IMG/VR virus record: IMGVR_UViG_3300037427_000542
Coordinates: 19,601-83,600 of that record
Source: a virus
Reading direction: 5' to 3' (one strand)
DNA length: 64,000 nucleotides
Below are positions 58,251-64,000 of this stretch, in pieces. The notes under the pieces are model-generated. The model was given only the letters and a program-made list of their open reading frames with translations, did no database searches and was not told the origin of the DNA. Position numbers and translations under genes: made by a program. Positions within the stretch are counted from its first letter, which is position 1, and every line of letters starts with the position of its first letter.

Positions 58251-59137
58251 TTGTTATAGATTATAATCAGGTAGCAATTGGTGCCTTTATGGCAGAGCTC
58301 CGTAATCGTTCAGATGTAGAGGTTAACTTACCTTTACTTAGACACATGATACTCAACACTATTAGATCTTATAATAAGAAACATAGAGAAGAGTTTGGTG
58401 GAGTAGTTATAGCCTGTGATAACAGACATTACTGGCGAAGGCAAGTCTTTCCTCAATACAAAGCAGGTAGGAAGACTACAAGGGAGGCATCTAGTTTAGA
58501 CTGGAGTATTATATTTGAGTCTCTCAATATAATTAGAGATGAATTGTCTGAAGTCTTTCCTTATCCTTTAATAGATGTTGATGGTGCTGAGGCAGATGAT
58601 GTAATAGGCACATTAGCAGAGTATAGTCAGACAATAGGAGAGCCAGGTCCTCTATTTGAAGATGAGATAACACCAGAGCCTTTTCTTATTGTATCAGGAG
58701 ATCATGACTTTAAACAATTACAAAAGTTTCCTAATGTAAAACAATGGGCACCTGCACAAAAGAAATGGGTAACACTACCTGAGACACCAGAACAGTATCT
58801 TATGGAACATATTATTACAGGCGATAAGGGTGACGGCATACCTAACATGCTATCAGCAGATAATGTATTTGTTGATGGTATAAGACAACGACCTGTTCGT
58901 AAGAAACTATTAGCTGAATGGAAACTACAAAGGCCAGAAGAATTTGTTACAGGTGAAACAGCACATGGCTGGAATCGTAATCGATTACTAATTGATCTGT
59001 CCAAAACACCAGAAGACATTAAAGAAGGTATTATACATAGTTATACAACTCAAACAAATAAGGACAAGACAGCCTTATTAGACTATTTTCTTAAACATAA
59101 TATGAGAACAATGGTTGAAGTAATTGATGAATTTTAA
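58247..59137 (+). CDS. rnh: T4 RNase H (5'-3' exonuclease)
   Basis: IDYNQ, YWRR....YKAGR, EADDVIG, SGDHDF, GDKGDGIPN. Confidence 0.95.
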   Translation: MIVIDYNQVAIGAFMAELRNRSDVEVNLPLLRHMILNTIRSYNKKHREEFGGVVIACDNRHYWRRQVFPQYKAGRKTTREASSLDWSIIFESLNIIRDELSEVFPYPLIDVDGAEADDVIGTLAEYSQTIGEPGPLFEDEITPEPFLIVSGDHDFKQLQKFPNVKQWAPAQKKWVTLPETPEQYLMEHIITGDKGDGIPNMLSADNVFVDGIRQRPVRKKLLAEWKLQRPEEFVTGETAHGWNRNRLLIDLSKTPEDIKEGIIHSYTTQTNKDKTALLDYFLKHNMRTMVEVIDEF

Positions 59138-59152
59138 CAAATAAGGAAACAA

Positions 59153-59743
59153 ATGAAGAAAATTTTAATACTAGCTACATTAATAGTGGCACCATTTTAT
59201 GCAACAGCAGTAGATGTTGGGGGTAGCGTAACAGTAGGGTCTGATTACTTATGGAGAGGAGCAAGCCAAAAGGGCAGTCCAGCAATCTCAGCAGGAGTTG
59301 AAGTAGGACATAATGGTTTATATGCAGGTACATGGGTATCACAAGTAGACTATGGTGACAATTCAGATTATGAGTACGACTTTTATGCTGGATATGGATA
59401 CGATATAACAGACGAATTGTCAGTAGATGTAGGTTTAATCCAATATAACTTTAATAATGAGTCTGGAAACCAATTAGAAGAATGGTATACCAGTGCAACC
59501 TTTAGGAGATTTACAGCAATATATTATCAAGACTTAGACAATAGTGATAATCATTTTGCAGAATACAGCTATGAGATACCTGTTGATAATGTAAGCCTAT
59601 CGGTATTCTATCAAGATCCTATGGATTTTTATGGTATAAATATAAGTAAGGATATAAACAGTTACACATTAGCAGCTACAGTAGGACAAGGACGAGATGA
59701 ATTGGGCTCAGAAGCTGTTGTAAGTGTAGCATATAATTTTTAA
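59153..59743 (+). CDS. Outer-membrane beta-barrel, TorF/Gcw_chp-like putative porin
   Basis: Signal peptide; SDYLWRGASQ, PAISAG, GLYAGTWVSQVD, EYDFYAGY; C-terminal VSVAYNF. Confidence 0.85.
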   Translation: MKKILILATLIVAPFYATAVDVGGSVTVGSDYLWRGASQKGSPAISAGVEVGHNGLYAGTWVSQVDYGDNSDYEYDFYAGYGYDITDELSVDVGLIQYNFNNESGNQLEEWYTSATFRRFTAIYYQDLDNSDNHFAEYSYEIPVDNVSLSVFYQDPMDFYGINISKDINSYTLAATVGQGRDELGSEAVVSVAYNF

Positions 59744-59757
59744 ATATGGAGAACACA

Positions 59758-60255
59758 ATGGAACCAACAAAGTTTAGACAAGTTAACGAAGCTTTTGATT
59801 GGGTATTTGAAGCGCCTAAAAAGGATCAGGTTGATAGGCTTAAAACAATAGCATCTAAGAATCAGACTATTGTTCCTTTTACAAGATGGGGCGTGGGTGC
59901 TGAAGACATAGACTGGAAACTACCAGAAGGAATACCTGATGCAACTAAAATTAAAGATGATATACCAGATGATATGGGCGAGTCTACTCTTACACTAGAG
60001 TTTAGACGAATTAAATCCTTTACAGATCCTACATCTAATATGGCAAACTTAGCACCTTGGAAGCGTGAGATGAATTGGATGTCTATTATTGAAGGTGTAC
60101 ATCACAAAGAGGCAGAGTTCTTAACAGCAGTTAAGGATAAACAACTTCTAAATCTCTATCCTAAACTTGAAGCTATCCTAGGCGACTTAGGTATTACAGA
60201 ATATGTAAAGCCTAAGAAGACAAGGAAGAAGGCTGTCAAGAAGAGTGCCAAGTAA
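59758..60255 (+). CDS. Conserved T4-like hypothetical protein
   Basis: WKLPEG, KRE..W..IIEGVH..EAEFL..VKDK. Confidence 0.75.
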   Translation: MEPTKFRQVNEAFDWVFEAPKKDQVDRLKTIASKNQTIVPFTRWGVGAEDIDWKLPEGIPDATKIKDDIPDDMGESTLTLEFRRIKSFTDPTSNMANLAPWKREMNWMSIIEGVHHKEAEFLTAVKDKQLLNLYPKLEAILGDLGITEYVKPKKTRKKAVKKSAK

Positions 60256-61348
60256 ATATTGGAAATACGAAAATATAAAGAGCGTACATTTAGAGGTATC
60301 AACTCTTTGTAACTCTATTTGTCCGTGGTGTCCTAGATATGAGAACTTCTCACCTAATCTAAATCCTAATATCGTTGAAGGCTCTTACACACTTCAACGA
60401 TTTACATCTGACTTCCCGATTAATTTTATAAAACAAATAAGGCATTGGACATTTGCTGGGGACTATGGAGATCCTTGTACTGCGCCAGAGCTGTTAGATA
60501 TATTATACTACATTAATGAACACAACTCTAAATGTAGCATTCAGATTAATACCAATGGTGGTATGAAAACAGAAAGATTTTGGTATGACTTGGGTATGCT
60601 GTTTACTAAAAACAAGAGTAGGTATGTTATATTTTCTGTTGATGGCTTGGAAGATACTAATCACATATACAGACGAAATGTTAAATGGCATAAGGTTGTA
60701 AGAGCCATGAGAACTTATAGCAACACAGGAGCCACAGGTATATGGGAGTATCTAAAATTTAAACACAATGAACACCAGCTATCTACAGCAGAGGATATGG
60801 CAAAAGACTTAGGCTTTGAGATTAGATTCAAGAACCCTAATGGTTTTGAGGGAGCGCCAATGCCTGCTAGGGATAAGGATTACAATATAGAATATGAGAT
60901 ATATCCTCAAACAGGTAATGAGATAAAGGCTATTGATGAGAGAACTAAGAACTGGATAAAGACTCTTGATGTAACAGATACATATAAAGTATATAACAAA
61001 AGACAAACTAAGGTTAATTGTAGTGCTAATCATAAGTTTGGTGGAGGCTATGAGGTTAGAATAAACTATGACGGCACAGTTTGGCCTTGTAGTTTCTTTG
61101 GACACTTATCCAGCAAGGACTTAACTAATAGATATGTAGGCAAACCACAACAGGCACAGATGTATGACTTATTTAAGGATACAGACAACAATTTAAACAA
61201 CAGAAGTCTAAAGGAAATATTAGATGCTGATCCTTTTAAGAATGTTTACGAGGGTTGGGAAGGTAATAATATAATGTTATGTTCAGACTCTTGTGGTGAA
61301 TTTAAAACAATGGAGAAGATATATGGAAGTTCTGCTGACAGGCGGTAA
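60245..61348 (+). CDS. Radical SAM protein with SPASM/twitch domain
   Basis: CNSICPWC, GDP, TNGG, FSVDG, GTVWPC, terminal C...C. Confidence 0.88.
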   Translation: MPSKYWKYENIKSVHLEVSTLCNSICPWCPRYENFSPNLNPNIVEGSYTLQRFTSDFPINFIKQIRHWTFAGDYGDPCTAPELLDILYYINEHNSKCSIQINTNGGMKTERFWYDLGMLFTKNKSRYVIFSVDGLEDTNHIYRRNVKWHKVVRAMRTYSNTGATGIWEYLKFKHNEHQLSTAEDMAKDLGFEIRFKNPNGFEGAPMPARDKDYNIEYEIYPQTGNEIKAIDERTKNWIKTLDVTDTYKVYNKRQTKVNCSANHKFGGGYEVRINYDGTVWPCSFFGHLSSKDLTNRYVGKPQQAQMYDLFKDTDNNLNNRSLKEILDADPFKNVYEGWEGNNIMLCSDSCGEFKTMEKIYGSSADRR

Positions 61349-61811
61349 TAGTAAGTTTGGTGCTGAACTAGCAAAGCAAATGCACTTCCAAATGAATTGG
61401 AATGTAGAACTTGTTCCTCGACAACATTTAGATGAGGCAATACAAGTATCAAAGAAACATTATGATCTTATATTCTTTAATCATAATAAGCCTGTAGTTG
61501 ATTGGAACTTTGATAAGTATCCTTCAGAGTTATTAAAACAAGTAACTGCTGATAAAGTGGGTTGGATGATTACTTATGCTGCACTTACACCAACAGAACA
61601 AGGCGATTATAATATAGGTTTCTGGCAGTATGTGGCACAGAAAGGAGTATATATTAATCAGATGAAGTTTTACTCTAAACGATTCACAACCTTTGTATTT
61701 GATCCTGGTATTATTACAGAGGACAATAGATCTAGTATTGCAAGTGAGTTTATTGAAGTGTGCCCAACGATTAAAGATGTCTACAGAAGTTCTGTAGGAT
61801 CAGGCCTATAA
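61323..61811 (+). CDS. Short-chain dehydrogenase-like protein (reduced)
   Basis: VLLTGGNSKFG, DLIFFN, YVAQK (YxxxK), DPG. Confidence 0.6.
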   Translation: MEVLLTGGNSKFGAELAKQMHFQMNWNVELVPRQHLDEAIQVSKKHYDLIFFNHNKPVVDWNFDKYPSELLKQVTADKVGWMITYAALTPTEQGDYNIGFWQYVAQKGVYINQMKFYSKRFTTFVFDPGIITEDNRSSIASEFIEVCPTIKDVYRSSVGSGL

Positions 61812-62311
61812 GGATCGTAGAACCTACCCCATTGATATCCTTCTGGTAGTGGTTCGCTAACAGCTATTGTAGTAGTTACACCCTCAGGCGATACACACCA
61901 TCGTCTCTTCTCTTTAAAGTTAGAAGCATAAGACATTTTTATACGAGTGTCTTTACTATGTTGTTTACCATACATTGGATTGTTCTCACCGCCTCGAGTA
62001 TTAGTCATAGTCTTAGATACTTTCTCTCTAAACTCTGGGCTCCTACCATTCTTTACTGCTGGATGATTCTTACCTAACTTGGCTTGTCTTATTCTTTCCA
62101 GGCCTTCAGGTGTGTGGTGTTTGGTTCGTTCTCGCGCTGTATCGTTTACAACAGGCAATCCTAGATGTAGTGCATGCTCTCTTATTTGTTCAATAGTAGA
62201 GAACCTTCTTATCAGTTCACGAGGCTTTGGAACATCCTGTACATGATTGTTGTCTACGATATATAGACTGCCTTTGTGATTAAATAGAAAGAATAACGAA
62301 GCTTTAGACAT
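61781..62311 (-). CDS. NUMOD3-repeat DNA-binding protein
   Basis: HTPEGLERIRQAKLG, GENNPMYGKQHSKDTRIKMS. Confidence 0.7.
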   Translation of the reverse strand: MSKASLFFLFNHKGSLYIVDNNHVQDVPKPRELIRRFSTIEQIREHALHLGLPVVNDTARERTKHHTPEGLERIRQAKLGKNHPAVKNGRSPEFREKVSKTMTNTRGGENNPMYGKQHSKDTRIKMSYASNFKEKRRWCVSPEGVTTTIAVSEPLPEGYQWGRFYDPYRPDPTELL

Positions 62312-63852
62312 TAAGCACCTTCAATATAGTCTATGTCTACGCCTGTTAATTTAGCAGTATCTTTAGAATTTTCAACAACAGATCTATAATAGATATATTC
62401 TCTTGGTGTGCCTTTATTTTTAGTTTCTATCTTAACACGAAGTTCTAATATGGCAATGCCTTTTGTGTCTGTTATATCTGAATGAGCTCTAATTATATGT
62501 CTAGGTAATCTACCACCTTTACTATCTGTTTCTACATTTTCAATACTGAAATACTCATACCTTTTAATGTTATCATGTATTAGATTAAAGTCTTTGAGTG
62601 TTGGTATACCAGAGTCTAATAAGTTTAATTGAGGAACCTCTCCATCTTCTTTTTGTGCGTGATATTTTGTGGCATCTGCAAATCTTGTAACTGATGCTTT
62701 ATCCCATTTTGTTATTTTATTATAACCACCTCTTTTCATTGCTCCTGTTTTATATGCTAGACTTAAGGCCTTGTCAGCTTCTTGTGGTATTGCATTCATA
62801 TGTTTTTTATATGTTGGTCCTATACTGTTTATATCTGCACCATAAAATTCAGACATTAGCTTTTTTAATGTAGGGAACTCTGTACCACCACGCTGTCCAA
62901 ATTGTTTTATTCCTGCTACCTTAACTGATATTTCCATAGAAGTTTCTTTATTGTTACCATTCTCATCTGTAAACGATACATCTATATCTTTCTTTGTACC
63001 TTTTTGATCCTCGAGTCCCTGAGCTTTTACTGTAATAATATCTCTTCTGCCATTTTCATAAAAGAGTCTATCCCACCCAACAACATTTTCAGAATTAGCA
63101 TATTTTACAGCGGCATCATATATACCATCCATTTTACCTGAACGAACTCTAGGCGTTACCAGTGCTTTCATATCTGCTGTTGCTAATCCTAGTATCCAAA
63201 TAATTGCATCGGGATCAAGAACATCTGTCTTACTTCCTTCTTTAGGAGGCATGTTAGGAGAACTAAACTTATCGCCTATGGTTACAACATTTGCTGGATT
63301 TGTTCCTAAAGCCTCAATAACTTTTTCTACATCATGTCTTTGTACAATCATTCCTGGTTTTTCTTTCCTAAACCTAGCCACAATAGCTGCACTCATTATT
63401 CCTTCAGCAACATTACCTCTATTGTAAGGTGTCTTTCCATCTTTAAAGTTCTCATCTTTATATAATCTCTTTAACTTTAAAATGTTTTCAGACTCTCCGC
63501 CTTCTGAAGCACTCTTACCTAATTTTTTTGCTTGTGTTGAACCATATTCTTCTGCATTTTCTATTGCCTTTTTCCAAGCAGTTTTAGCTGTAGAGTCTAA
63601 AGTAACTTCCATGAATATATTATTACCTGCATTTTGCATTCTATTAATTATAGTAGCATCGGTATTAAGGTTTATCTTATTCATTTTACCTGCTATTAAT
63701 TCATATAGATTCTTTATAACTGCTTTGCCTGTGGGATTCTTGCTTGTAGGAGTAAAGTCTACAGTAAATGGCGTACCATTCTTTAGCATAGTCCAAAAGA
63801 CAACTTGTCTTGTATCATATTTTATTATCTCATTAGCATCTAACTTTGCCAT
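62311..63852 (-). CDS. Large hypothetical protein, possible PD-(D/E)xK nuclease
   Basis: GNVAEG, KDIDV, EISVK; AAGGAG SD and promoters on the minus strand. Confidence 0.6.
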   Translation of the reverse strand: MAKLDANEIIKYDTRQVVFWTMLKNGTPFTVDFTPTSKNPTGKAVIKNLYELIAGKMNKINLNTDATIINRMQNAGNNIFMEVTLDSTAKTAWKKAIENAEEYGSTQAKKLGKSASEGGESENILKLKRLYKDENFKDGKTPYNRGNVAEGIMSAAIVARFRKEKPGMIVQRHDVEKVIEALGTNPANVVTIGDKFSSPNMPPKEGSKTDVLDPDAIIWILGLATADMKALVTPRVRSGKMDGIYDAAVKYANSENVVGWDRLFYENGRRDIITVKAQGLEDQKGTKKDIDVSFTDENGNNKETSMEISVKVAGIKQFGQRGGTEFPTLKKLMSEFYGADINSIGPTYKKHMNAIPQEADKALSLAYKTGAMKRGGYNKITKWDKASVTRFADATKYHAQKEDGEVPQLNLLDSGIPTLKDFNLIHDNIKRYEYFSIENVETDSKGGRLPRHIIRAHSDITDTKGIAILELRVKIETKNKGTPREYIYYRSVVENSKDTAKLTGVDIDYIEGA

Positions 63853-63873
63853 CTGTATCTCCTTTATTTAACA

Positions 63874-63902
63874 AGTATGCACTTTAGGGCACCAAATGTC
63901 AA
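63874..63902 (-). promoter_or_regulatory. Sigma70-type early promoter, shared family
   Basis: Minus strand reads TTGACA-tttggtgccctaaagtg-CATACT. Confidence 0.75.
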
Positions 63903-63915
63903 CCTATTGTTTCTT

Positions 63916-63929
63916 TTATTTATAAATAA
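63916..63929. promoter_or_regulatory. Palindromic bidirectional late promoter
   Basis: TTATTTATAAATAA contains TATAAATA on both strands, between divergent genes. Confidence 0.65.
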
Positions 63930-63958
63930 GAATAGGACTTATATAAAAAGGAGATATC

Positions 63959-64000
63959 ATGAGTAAGTTTAATAAACTACTAGATGCTAAATTTGAACCG
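63959..64000 (+). CDS. 5' end of a late gene (truncated by window edge)
   Basis: AAGGAG SD, MSKFNKLLDAKFEP... Confidence 0.6.
   Translation, partial: MSKFNKLLDAKFEP

Noticed and set aside
2461-61452. Numerous minus-strand and alternate-frame ORFs in the track (e.g. 11948-12376, 45139-45600, 46729-47202)
   Set aside because: They are shadows of well-supported + strand genes, with Ser/Leu/Phe-rich antisense composition and no SDs.
1-64000. CRISPR array, integrase/transposase, rRNA or stop-codon recoding
   Set aside because: No regularly spaced repeats or such genes were seen. Core genes translate full length in the standard code and end with TAA, TAG or TGA.

Overview
This 64 kb window is an AT-rich, densely coding segment of a T4-like (Tevenvirinae/Kyanoviridae-style) myophage genome, almost entirely on the + strand. 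It is probably from a marine phage of a heterotrophic proteobacterium; the host is inferred from the TonB receptor, porin and crotonase cargo. Core replication and recombination genes are present: gp47, gp46, gp45, gp44, gp62, regA, gp43, uvsX, gp41, gp61, nrdA/nrdB and rnh, plus one tRNA-Thr(UGU). Accessory genes include a 7-deazaguanine module (DpdL-like, glycosyltransferase, QueD, and a QueC-like gene between nrdA and nrdB), tandem SET proteins, peptide deformylase, ClpP, a small TonB-dependent receptor, a TorF-like porin, CobS/CobT-like proteins, a crotonase, three radical SAM enzymes and 2OG-Fe(II) oxygenases. The most notable signals are: (1) a late-expressed block at 37.5-46.7 kb whose proteins carry T4-type capsid-targeting N-termini and prohead-protease-like sites, including an ~11% His ligase-like/HxGH nucleotidyltransferase pair that may be injected with the DNA; (2) four late promoters exactly 5 nt from an ATG, implying leaderless mRNAs; (3) a family of sigma70-type promoters sharing an operator-like motif; (4) an A9 slippery site that could fuse two large ORFs. 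All protein calls come from motif recognition by eye; no searches were run.
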